Shown piece after piece: positions 45,361 to 53,197 of a DNA stretch of 64,000 bases (its first letter is position 1; each line of letters opens with the position of its first letter). Under the pieces are notes generated by a model. The model searched no databases and was not told where the DNA came from. It saw nothing but the letters and a program-made list of their open reading frames with translations. Origin of the DNA: Clostridia bacterium. GTDB taxonomy: Bacteria > Bacillota > Clostridia > Oscillospirales > CAG-272. The DNA is taken from positions 18,038 to 82,037 of the forward strand of contig JAFTUH010000066.1 of the NCBI GenBank assembly GCA_017466375.1. Direction: 5' to 3'. The position numbers and the translations under genes were made by a program.

Positions 45361-45404
45361 TTCCGCCGGTACATACAAATTATTAACAGAAAGGAGACGC
45401 TGCT

Positions 45405-46349
45405 ATGGTAAATCGTTACATAACAGAAAACGGACATCTCTGCACCGCCGAGGAAAACACCAAAGGTGCATGGATCTCCGTCGTTGCCCCCACAGATGCG
45501 GAAATCACCGCACTGTCTCAAGAATTCTCACTGGAAGAAGACGTTTTGCGATCAGCGCTCGATATGGAAGAGCGTTCGCGTCTGGACGTAGACGAAGCGT
45601 ACACGCTGATCGTCGTAAACATCCCGTACGTCAGTAAGCAGGCAGACCGTGAACTGTACGATACCCTGCCGCTCTCCATTATTCTGACGCAGGGCTGCTC
45701 GATCACCGTCTGCTCGCAGGATTGCCCGATCCTCCGTCAATTCGCAGACGGAAAGGTGCGCGATTTCAACACAAATATGAAATCCCGCTTCGTTCTGCAG
45801 CTTCTTTACCGCATCGCTTCGCACTACCTCGCGTATCTGCGCAGCATCGACCGCAGAAGCGGTGAGATTGAAAAAACGCTTCACAAATCTACAAAAAACG
45901 AGGAGCTTCTGGAGCTTCTGAAGCTGGAGAAGAGTCTTCTGTACTTCTCGACTTCCCTGCGTGCAAACGAAGCCGTGCTGGAAAAACTCGTCCGCGTGGA
46001 GGCAATCAAGAAGTACCCCGAGGACGAAGAATTGCTTGAGGACGTCATCGTCGAAAACAAGCAGGCAATCGAGATGGCGGCGATCTACAGCGGCGTCCTG
46101 AACGAGCTGATGAACGCGTTCTCCTCCATCATTTCCAACAACCTAAACGTGGTGATGAAGGTACTCGCGATCATCACGATCGTCATGTCCGTCCCGACGA
46201 TGATCTTCAGCGCGTACGGTATGAACGTCTCCTCGGCAGGCATGCCGTTTGCTCAGCATCCGCACGGATTTGCGATCATTGCCGGCATCTCCGCCTTCTC
46301 CCTGATCGTGGCGGGATTCATCCTCGCAAAGCTGCGCATTTTCAAATAA
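45405..46349 (+). CDS. corA: CorA family magnesium/cobalt transporter
   Basis: 314 aa. Cytoplasmic N-terminal domain, two C-terminal TM helices and the YGMNV signature. Confidence 0.9.
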   Translation: MVNRYITENGHLCTAEENTKGAWISVVAPTDAEITALSQEFSLEEDVLRSALDMEERSRLDVDEAYTLIVVNIPYVSKQADRELYDTLPLSIILTQGCSITVCSQDCPILRQFADGKVRDFNTNMKSRFVLQLLYRIASHYLAYLRSIDRRSGEIEKTLHKSTKNEELLELLKLEKSLLYFSTSLRANEAVLEKLVRVEAIKKYPEDEELLEDVIVENKQAIEMAAIYSGVLNELMNAFSSIISNNLNVVMKVLAIITIVMSVPTMIFSAYGMNVSSAGMPFAQHPHGFAIIAGISAFSLIVAGFILAKLRIFK

Positions 46350-46356
46350 AACAAGC

Positions 46357-46387
46357 AGAGGCTTCCCGTGGGGAGCCTCTTTTTTTG
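46357..46387 (+). terminator. Rho-independent terminator after corA
   Basis: Stem AGAGGCT(T)CCC / GGGAGCCTCT, then T7. Confidence 0.8.
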
Positions 46388-46448
46388 CGACTATTTTTCC
46401 ATCCGCACGCATATAGTAGGACAAAACCAGCGCAAAGGTTGTGATCAC

Positions 46449-49130
46449 ATGGATACTTCAAAATCCCCCGCCGTGCCGCGTATGCGGTACGATATTGCCC
46501 GCGGACTCACCGAGGAAGCGGCTGCGCACTCCCGCGATACGTTCGGCACAAACACTCTCACGAAGAAAAAGCGGGACGGTTTTCTCGTCCAATTCTTCCG
46601 TAATTTCAACGATCCGATCATCAAAATCCTGCTCGGTGCACTTCTGCTCAACATTCTCGTCACGCTCGGGCGCGTAAACTGGCTGGAGTGCGGGGGGATC
46701 GCGGCAGCAATTCTGATCGCTACGCTCGTTTCAACCATATCGGAATACAGCAGTGCCGCGGCGTTTGAAACACTCAGCGATACAGCAGAGGACACGTTTC
46801 TGACAGTGCGCCGGGACGGCGTGTGGAAATCCGTCCGCGTCTCCGAGATCGCGGTCGGGGACGTCATCCTGCTCACAGGCGGATGCACGGTACCCGCTGA
46901 CGGAATGCTTGTATCGGGAGCTTTGTCCGTAGATCAGTCCATGCTGACGGGAGAAAGCGAGGAGAGGAAGAAAAACAAAAACCCCCGTCTTGCCGATGAG
47001 GGGGAGCTTTCACCGCAGGAAACCGGATGGGATCTCGAAAACGCCCATCAGTTATTCCGCGGCAGCCGCGTCACGGACGGCGAGGCAGAGCTTCTTGTGC
47101 TCCGTGTCGGGGATGCGACATTTTACGGAGGTGCCTTCGCCGGCGTACAGGAGAGCGCCCGTCCGAGCCCTCTGAAGGAACGCTTGGCGGGGCTTGCCAA
47201 AAGCGTCAGCTTCCTCGGCTACGTTGCCGCCGGAGCGATCGCATTTGCGTATCTGTTCAACGTATTCGTAATCGACAGCGGCATGGATCCGGTTCTCATT
47301 CGCGAAAAAATCACGGATGTCTCCTTTGCTGTACCGGCACTCATCCATGCACTGACGGTAGCGATCTCCGTACTCGTCGTCGCCGTGCCGGAGGGACTGC
47401 CGATGATGATCACCGTCGTGCTCTCCTCCAACATGAAGCGAATGCTCGCCTCAGGCGTCCTCGTGCGACGCCTTGTCGGAATCGAAACGGCGGGAAATCT
47501 GAACATCCTCTTCACGGATAAAACGGGCACGCTGACGGAGGGGAAATTGCAGATCGTCTCTGTGCTTACGGCAGAAGCGGAGTCGGACAGCATGGGTGAA
47601 TTAAAAAGGCACCCATCCGTGCTGACGGCTCTTTGTGAAAGCCATGCGGCGTGCGCTCCCGAGGGACGGGGCAACTCAACCGACCGCGCGATGCAGGTCT
47701 TTTTCGGCACAGATGCATCCCTCAGACGATCGGTGCGCACGCGTGTTCCGTTCTCCTCCGACAGGCGGTACAGCAGCGGAATTCTCGAGAAAAGCGGGCG
47801 GGTGAAAACGTGCGTGCGCGGTGCGCCGGAGGTGATCTTCCCTGCCGTGCGGACGTATCTCGCCGCGGACGGACGCGTCCGAGCGATCACACCGGCAATC
47901 ACGGCAAAATTGCGCTCCCGCTGGCAGTCCCTCGCCGCTTCCTCCCACCGTGTGATCGCCGTGGCGGAATACGACGGGGAAAACGGCACGGATACGGGAG
48001 ATTTTTCAAATTTGACCTTCATTGCACTGATCGCGATCCGTGACCGACTGCGTGCGGATGCAAAAAAAGCGGTGCGCACAGCCCGCGAGGCCGGAATCCA
48101 GACGGTCATGATCACGGGCGACAATCCGCTGACGGCGGAGGCGATCGCCAAAGAGTGCGGCATCATCGCGGATGACGGTCCCTCACGCGTTTTAACCGGC
48201 GCGCAGATCGATGATATGACGGACGATGAGGTGCGCGAAATTCTGCCCGAGATCGCCGTAGTCGCCCGTGCGCTCCCAACGGACAAAAGCCGTCTCGTGC
48301 GCCTGTCGCAATCGCTCGGGCTGGTCGTGGGCATGACAGGCGACGGCGTGAATGACAGCCCGGCACTTCGTGCGGCAGATGTTGGATTTGCGATGGGGAG
48401 CGGTACGGATGCGGCCAGAGAGGCAGGCGACATCGTCATCACGGATGACCGCTTCTCCTCGATCACCAAAGCTGTCCTGTTCGGGCGGACGATCTTTTTA
48501 AGCATCCGCAAATTCATCGTGTTCCAGCTTACAATGAATCTGTGCGCCCTCGGCGTCTCGCTGATCGGTCCGTTTATCGGTATCGAAAATCCCGTGACGG
48601 TGATTCAGATGCTGTGGGTAAACATCATCATGGATACACTCGGCGCACTCGCTTTTGCCGGGGAGCCTGCTCTCTCCGAATACATGCGCCATCCGCCGAG
48701 GAAGCGCGAGGAGCCGCTGCTCTCCCGCGGGATGATCCGTGCGATCCTTATGACGGGCGGATACACGCTCGCGCTGTGCATTTGGTTTCTGAAATCGCCA
48801 TTCATGCACCGCGTATTTTTCCGCGGAGATGAGGTGTACTACCTGACCGTCTTCTTCTCGCTGTTCATCTTCTGCGGCATTTTCAACTGCTTCAATGCGC
48901 GCACCGAGCGGCTGTCGATCCTCTCGCACCTGGCAGGAAACAAACCGTTTATTTTTATCATGATTTTGGTCGCCGCCGTCCAGCTGATGATCGTCTATTT
49001 CGGTGGGGAGATGTTCCGCTGTGTGCCGCTGACTGCACGGGAGATCACCATGAGTGCCCTGCTCGCTTTCACCGTGATCCCGGCGGATTTTCTGCGGAAG
49101 ATCCTCGTGAAGGGAAAACAGAAATCATAA
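46449..49130 (+). CDS. Cation (Ca2+-type, P2) P-type ATPase
   Basis: ORF 46368-49130. The likely start is ATG 46449 (MDTSKSP). Motifs TGES, DKTGTLT, MITGDN and GDGVNDSPALRAADVGFAMG. About 10 TM segments. Confidence 0.92.
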   Translation: MDTSKSPAVPRMRYDIARGLTEEAAAHSRDTFGTNTLTKKKRDGFLVQFFRNFNDPIIKILLGALLLNILVTLGRVNWLECGGIAAAILIATLVSTISEYSSAAAFETLSDTAEDTFLTVRRDGVWKSVRVSEIAVGDVILLTGGCTVPADGMLVSGALSVDQSMLTGESEERKKNKNPRLADEGELSPQETGWDLENAHQLFRGSRVTDGEAELLVLRVGDATFYGGAFAGVQESARPSPLKERLAGLAKSVSFLGYVAAGAIAFAYLFNVFVIDSGMDPVLIREKITDVSFAVPALIHALTVAISVLVVAVPEGLPMMITVVLSSNMKRMLASGVLVRRLVGIETAGNLNILFTDKTGTLTEGKLQIVSVLTAEAESDSMGELKRHPSVLTALCESHAACAPEGRGNSTDRAMQVFFGTDASLRRSVRTRVPFSSDRRYSSGILEKSGRVKTCVRGAPEVIFPAVRTYLAADGRVRAITPAITAKLRSRWQSLAASSHRVIAVAEYDGENGTDTGDFSNLTFIALIAIRDRLRADAKKAVRTAREAGIQTVMITGDNPLTAEAIAKECGIIADDGPSRVLTGAQIDDMTDDEVREILPEIAVVARALPTDKSRLVRLSQSLGLVVGMTGDGVNDSPALRAADVGFAMGSGTDAAREAGDIVITDDRFSSITKAVLFGRTIFLSIRKFIVFQLTMNLCALGVSLIGPFIGIENPVTVIQMLWVNIIMDTLGALAFAGEPALSEYMRHPPRKREEPLLSRGMIRAILMTGGYTLALCIWFLKSPFMHRVFFRGDEVYYLTVFFSLFIFCGIFNCFNARTERLSILSHLAGNKPFIFIMILVAAVQLMIVYFGGEMFRCVPLTAREITMSALLAFTVIPADFLRKILVKGKQKS

Positions 49131-49326
49131 CAAACGTAGTTTTCACCGTCTTATAAGGGTATGTTATCTTCAGAGCTATCCCCCGCAAAAAGCTCTGCCA
49201 ACCGCAAGGGAGATGCAAGCTGCCTCTTATACGGTTATCCAGACCCACTCGTATTATATCATCGGTTTTTTCAACAGCAAAAGCCTCCTTGCCCCCCTGC
49301 TTGACCGGTGGTTTTCTTTATACCAA

Positions 49327-49365
49327 CAAATGAAAACAGGAGTACATGCGTACCCCTGTTTTTCT
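49327..49365 (+). repeat. Left copy of a perfect 39-bp direct repeat (terminator-like hairpin)
   Basis: CAAATGAAAACAGGAGTACATGCGTACCCCTGTTTTTCT, identical to 50583-50621. Contains the stem ACAGG-GTAC / GTAC-CCTGT plus a T-run. Confidence 0.95.
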
Positions 49366-49369
49366 CATA

Positions 49370-50209
49370 TTAATGAAGGTTGTGCGTAGCAGACAGAAAA
49401 CTGTGTACATTATCGTAAGATTTCAAGAACAGGTCATGATGGCAAAAGCCTTTTCCAGGACAGAAGCTCCAGTGATAGAACATAAATACGCTCTTATCGG
49501 TTACTTTTACCTGATGAGCCTTGGATTCAACACGATACGGGGTCCCGTTTGCACCACCAAACAGCATTACAGCAGAAATTTTCACAACGTGAGGACCGGG
49601 TGTTACTTCAAACGCAGCAAACGGCTTTTCAGTTGATCCGTATTCAATTCCATCGATGTATACTTTCGTTTCCAAAGGATCCATGTAGTAATTCGCACTC
49701 TCTTTTGGCGTTTTACTTTTAGCATCAAATGACCATCCAAGATATACACAGATATGTCCCCTTGTGTACTGTTCATACTTTTTTTCCATTTCGTATGCCT
49801 CCAAGCTCTCATTGATATTTGAAATTTCTTTTTCCGCCTCCCCAATATCATCGTTTATCTGCGCCTCCGCCTGATCGCAATCGGCAAGGTCAACGGAAAG
49901 CACCTTCACCTGCGCAAGCGGTCCTGCGCGAAGTATAAACAATCCCACAAAGCCGCCGATACCGATAACGGCAAGCAGTATTTTCAATACTGTATTGCCG
50001 ACAAACAGTAATGCAATCACGCCGACGATTGCACACAGAATGCCAAGAGTCTGAAACAATCCGGCTTTTTTCTGATGTGCAGATCGCTCATCAAGCTTCT
50101 CTTTATTGGCCTCGTAGAGGGCTTTTTTCTCTTTTTCTTTTGCATTGATTTTCCCTTGCAAACTTTTTTTCTGCTCAAGTAACTCTTGGATTTCGCTTTC
50201 GGTTAGCAT
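49370..50209 (-). CDS. Hypothetical membrane protein: coiled coil, two TM helices, coiled coil, then a PEGA-like beta domain
   Basis: ORF 49370-50281. ATG 50209 has GGAGG upstream. Lys/Glu-rich coiled segments flank AGLFQTLGILCAIVGVIALLFV and LLAVIGIGGFVGLFIL. The C-terminal KVYIDGIEYGSTEKPFAAFEVTPGPHVVKI resembles a PEGA motif. Confidence 0.6.
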   Translation of the reverse strand: MLTESEIQELLEQKKSLQGKINAKEKEKKALYEANKEKLDERSAHQKKAGLFQTLGILCAIVGVIALLFVGNTVLKILLAVIGIGGFVGLFILRAGPLAQVKVLSVDLADCDQAEAQINDDIGEAEKEISNINESLEAYEMEKKYEQYTRGHICVYLGWSFDAKSKTPKESANYYMDPLETKVYIDGIEYGSTEKPFAAFEVTPGPHVVKISAVMLFGGANGTPYRVESKAHQVKVTDKSVFMFYHWSFCPGKGFCHHDLFLKSYDNVHSFLSATHNLH

Positions 50210-50346
50210 GGTCTTCTCCTCCGAACATGTAGAAATTTGGATGTCCAAAACAAGTATAGCACAACCAAATCCACTTGTCAACCCAAAAGGGGTAACTTTT
50301 TTATCTCAAAATGGTTAGAATTATAAAAAAGAGACAAGAGGTTTTT

Positions 50347-50589
50347 ATGAATATCGGAGAAGCAACCAGACTGAGAATCGAAGAACTGTGCCGGGAACAC
50401 AGTATTACTGTCAACAAACTGGCAACGATCAGCGGCATTACACAATCCACCCTCAATAACATTGTCAGCGGCAGAAATTGCAGTACCACCGTTTCAACGG
50501 TAAAGAAAATCTGCGATGGACTCAAGATCACCATACAGGATTTTTTCGATTCTTCTCTTTTTGAAAATCTGGAGCAGGAAATCAAATGA
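50347..50589 (+). CDS. Small XRE-family helix-turn-helix protein (80 aa)
   Basis: ORF 50311-50589. ATG 50347 (MNIGEATRLRIEELCREHSITVNKLATISGITQSTLNNIVSG). The last two codons and the stop lie inside the right 39-bp repeat. Confidence 0.72.
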   Translation: MNIGEATRLRIEELCREHSITVNKLATISGITQSTLNNIVSGRNCSTTVSTVKKICDGLKITIQDFFDSSLFENLEQEIK

Positions 50590-50621
50590 AAACAGGAGTA
50601 CATGCGTACCCCTGTTTTTCT
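50583..50621 (+). repeat. Right copy of the perfect 39-bp direct repeat
   Basis: Identical to 49327-49365. Abuts the stop codon (50622-24) of the convergent hydrolase gene. Confidence 0.95.
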
Positions 50622-51494
50622 TTACGAATAAAAATCGTGTCCGCTGATCGTCATGACGTACGGTCTGTTCTGCGGCACCCAAAAATTCTCTGCTAAAGCT
50701 GCGTTGATGAAATACAAAATCTCATAGGAAATCGAGTATCCCTCCAGGCAGATTTTCGCCGCGATCACACTCTCCTCACTCGGCTCACGGTATATCATGC
50801 CGTTCGCCGTCGGTGTGAACTGTACGCCATATTTGCGGTCAAAGATCACGTCGTAGATGTTCGACGGGAAGATCTCCTCGCGCACACGGTTGAGCACCAC
50901 GTTGCCGACCGCGATCTGTCCGTCAAACGGCTCCGCTCCCGCTTCGGCATAAATGATGCGCGAGAGCCAGTACAGCTCATCCTCCACGTAGAAATCGGAT
51001 GCGTGGGCAAGCGGTCCGTTGCCCGTCACAGTGACGTACGCAGCAAATTCATCCGCATTCCAATCGACCTGTGCACCGAGCGCTTTTGCAGCAACTCTGA
51101 GCGGCACGAACAGATAGCTCCCATCCGTGAATACGCCGCTCGGGCACCAGAGATAGCGATCGTTCGCGCTGATGTACGTCTCGCCGTCCGTTGCGGTGAG
51201 CGTGATATCCTCCCCCGTCAGCTGTGCCGTGCGCGTATCTGCCGCATACGACGTACTGCACGGATAGACCGCGCGGCTGAACTCAAAGAGATCGATATAC
51301 GTCGTATCGTTGTACAGAACAGCGCGTCCGCTGTACGCGGCTCCGTCGATGTACATCCCGACTGTTTCCGGCTCTGCGGAAACTGCCGTTTGTGCATACA
51401 GAGACACGGATGACGAAACAAGCAGACACAAAACCACCGTCATAAGGATCGCTGTCTTCAAAATCATCTTACATTCGGAAATCATACAGTGCAT
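50622..51494 (-). CDS. Secreted cell-wall hydrolase (SleB/Hydrolase_2 type) with an N-terminal copper-amine-oxidase-like 'stalk' domain
   Basis: ORF 50622-51563. ATG 51494 has GGAG 9 nt upstream. Signal peptide. FVPLRVAAKALGAQVDWN is the stalk domain. LSRIIYAEAGAEPFDGQIAVGNVVLNRV is the cell-wall hydrolase motif. Confidence 0.82.
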   Translation of the reverse strand: MHCMISECKMILKTAILMTVVLCLLVSSSVSLYAQTAVSAEPETVGMYIDGAAYSGRAVLYNDTTYIDLFEFSRAVYPCSTSYAADTRTAQLTGEDITLTATDGETYISANDRYLWCPSGVFTDGSYLFVPLRVAAKALGAQVDWNADEFAAYVTVTGNGPLAHASDFYVEDELYWLSRIIYAEAGAEPFDGQIAVGNVVLNRVREEIFPSNIYDVIFDRKYGVQFTPTANGMIYREPSEESVIAAKICLEGYSISYEILYFINAALAENFWVPQNRPYVMTISGHDFYS

Positions 51495-51517
51495 ACTTTT
51501 TTCTCCTTTCAAGCCTA

Positions 51518-51546
51518 ATTCTATCACAGAACGCCTCTGATTGCAA
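51518..51546 (-). promoter_or_regulatory. Sigma-70-type promoter for the cell-wall hydrolase gene
   Basis: Minus strand reads TTGCAA (51546-41), 17 nt, TGaTAGAAT (-10 hexamer at 51523-18). Confidence 0.6.
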
Positions 51547-51573
51547 CGCACAATATTTACCACCGCCCGTTTC

Positions 51574-51592
51574 GTTCACAATTGTTCACAAT
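51574..51592. repeat. Tandem direct repeat GTTCACAAT-T-GTTCACAAT (period 10 bp) upstream of the hydrolase promoter
   Basis: Read directly. On the gene strand it is ATTGTGAAC-A-ATTGTGAAC, starting 28 bp upstream of the -35 hexamer. Confidence 0.8.
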
Positions 51593-51610
51593 CTCGTCTT
51601 GAATAGGAAG

Positions 51611-51639
51611 TTGACTTCGCGCCTATCCTTTAGTATAAT
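51611..51639 (+). promoter_or_regulatory. Sigma-70-type promoter for the solute-binding-protein gene
   Basis: TTGACT (51611-16), 17 nt, TATAAT (51634-39). Confidence 0.65.
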
Positions 51640-51683
51640 ACTTCTATACATCATTACACTTGATCTCTACGGAGGAAGTACCG

Positions 51684-53132
51684 ATGACTACCCCTGTCCG
51701 TTTTACTGCTCTCTTTTTGATTCTGATCCTTCTTTTCAGCGGATGCGGCACTGCTGCCGATACTGACACGCCCCCCGTCCACACGGACGCAGGCACGGAT
51801 ACCGCCGCGCCCTCCGTGCCCGATCCCGTAACGGTAATCGACCGCACGGATTCCTATAAGGCATTGGCACGGACGTATCTTGAGGCGCTGCCCGAAGCCG
51901 ATTTCGAAAACGCTTCCTTCGTAATTGCCTCCCCGCGCGCGGACGTACTCCGCCCCGAGGAGAACAGCACCGTGTATTCCGCCGCCAAATATGAGCGCAA
52001 CAGACAGATCGAGGAGCGCTACAACATCCAGCTCGTTGCCTCTGCGGTCAATGAGGCTGATTACGCAGAAATGCTCCGCGCGAGTGTAAAGGCGGACGAA
52101 TACTTTGCGGATCTTCTGATGCTCCCGCAGTACATGATCGGCACGTTGGCTGCGGATAATCTGCTTCTGAACGTAAACAGTATGCCGTTTTTCCGTGCGG
52201 AGATGCCGTTCTTCGACAAAAGCTCTGCCGATGCCGCGACGATCGGAGATGCCACATACGCAATCGCCGGTCCCGCCTCCTTTGAAGAATCGATGCAGAC
52301 GGCAATCTTCTTCAATCGGGATCTGTTTGCCGAAAACGGACTGACGCTTCCCTACGAGGACGTCTACAGCGGAAACTGGACGTGGGACCGATTCTTTGAA
52401 ATCTGCGCGTCCGTGCCCGACATCAATGCATCCGCCAATACGGAATACGCCTCGTTCTCCACGCAGTACGCGGCAGATACCCTGCCTGCCTCCGCTTTTT
52501 ACTCCTGCGGGGAGACACTGATCCGCAAAGAGAGCGGCACACCCATGCTCGCTTTTGGGGAACAGTCTTCCAACGCGCTGTCCGTGCTCCGCTCGCTGTA
52601 CGGAGAAGCCTCGGCTCACACGGATAACGAAACCGGTATCAGCCGCTTCTATTCGGGCAATTCCCTGTTCATGATCGAACGGCTGTACGTCATGGACTGG
52701 ATGATCAACGGAAAGATCAACTGGGGCATCCTTCCTCTGCCGAAAGCGGATGCCGCACAAGCGGACTACGTCACACTTGCTTCGCCCGATACCCTTTTCT
52801 TCGGCGTGCAGAAAAACGCATCTGATGTGATGAGCACCGCCGTCATCCTCTCTGCGCTGAACGCCTCCTCGTACGGCGTGATCTCCGACGCGTATCTGAC
52901 GTACACCATGCACCATATCCTGCGCGACAACGATTCCGCAAACATGATTGAAATCCTCGCAAAAACACGCACGTACGATTTCGCGTATTCCTTCGGCCGC
53001 GTGGACGGAACTCTCGCCGCCTCGACGTACGGTGCTCTTGCATCCTTCTCGAACGGGGAGGATCTCTCAGCCCTCATCGATACGGATGCCGTAAACGCGC
53101 ATCTTGCCGCCGCATTTCCCACCGGAAACTGA
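51684..53132 (+). CDS. Extracellular solute-binding lipoprotein (ABC-type, family 1-like), with no adjacent permease genes
   Basis: ATG 51684 has GGAGG upstream. Lipobox LLFSGC. About 480 aa, with the size and composition of carbohydrate-type solute-binding proteins. Confidence 0.7.
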   Translation: MTTPVRFTALFLILILLFSGCGTAADTDTPPVHTDAGTDTAAPSVPDPVTVIDRTDSYKALARTYLEALPEADFENASFVIASPRADVLRPEENSTVYSAAKYERNRQIEERYNIQLVASAVNEADYAEMLRASVKADEYFADLLMLPQYMIGTLAADNLLLNVNSMPFFRAEMPFFDKSSADAATIGDATYAIAGPASFEESMQTAIFFNRDLFAENGLTLPYEDVYSGNWTWDRFFEICASVPDINASANTEYASFSTQYAADTLPASAFYSCGETLIRKESGTPMLAFGEQSSNALSVLRSLYGEASAHTDNETGISRFYSGNSLFMIERLYVMDWMINGKINWGILPLPKADAAQADYVTLASPDTLFFGVQKNASDVMSTAVILSALNASSYGVISDAYLTYTMHHILRDNDSANMIEILAKTRTYDFAYSFGRVDGTLAASTYGALASFSNGEDLSALIDTDAVNAHLAAAFPTGN

Positions 53133-53197
53133 TCCGATTTACTATATGCCGTTCAAACGGACGGCAGAACGAACACAAATTTGAAAGGAGAGATACC

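Larger units (their letters stand above)
49327..50621. mobile_element. Putative acquired two-gene cassette bounded by 39-bp direct repeats (no recombinase inside)
   Basis: - Perfect direct repeats at both ends.
- Four interior 60-nt lines that I counted gave 38, 43, 38 and 45% GC. Flanking lines gave 53% and 67%.
- The two genes are divergent and neither is assignable to a housekeeping function. Confidence 0.5.

Noticed and set aside
51495-51610. A possible cyclic-di-AMP (ydaO-type) riboswitch upstream of the cell-wall hydrolase, since such hydrolases are frequent targets.
   Set aside because: With the promoter at 51518-51546 the 5' UTR is only about 20 nt. I could not find any ydaO-like conserved segments.
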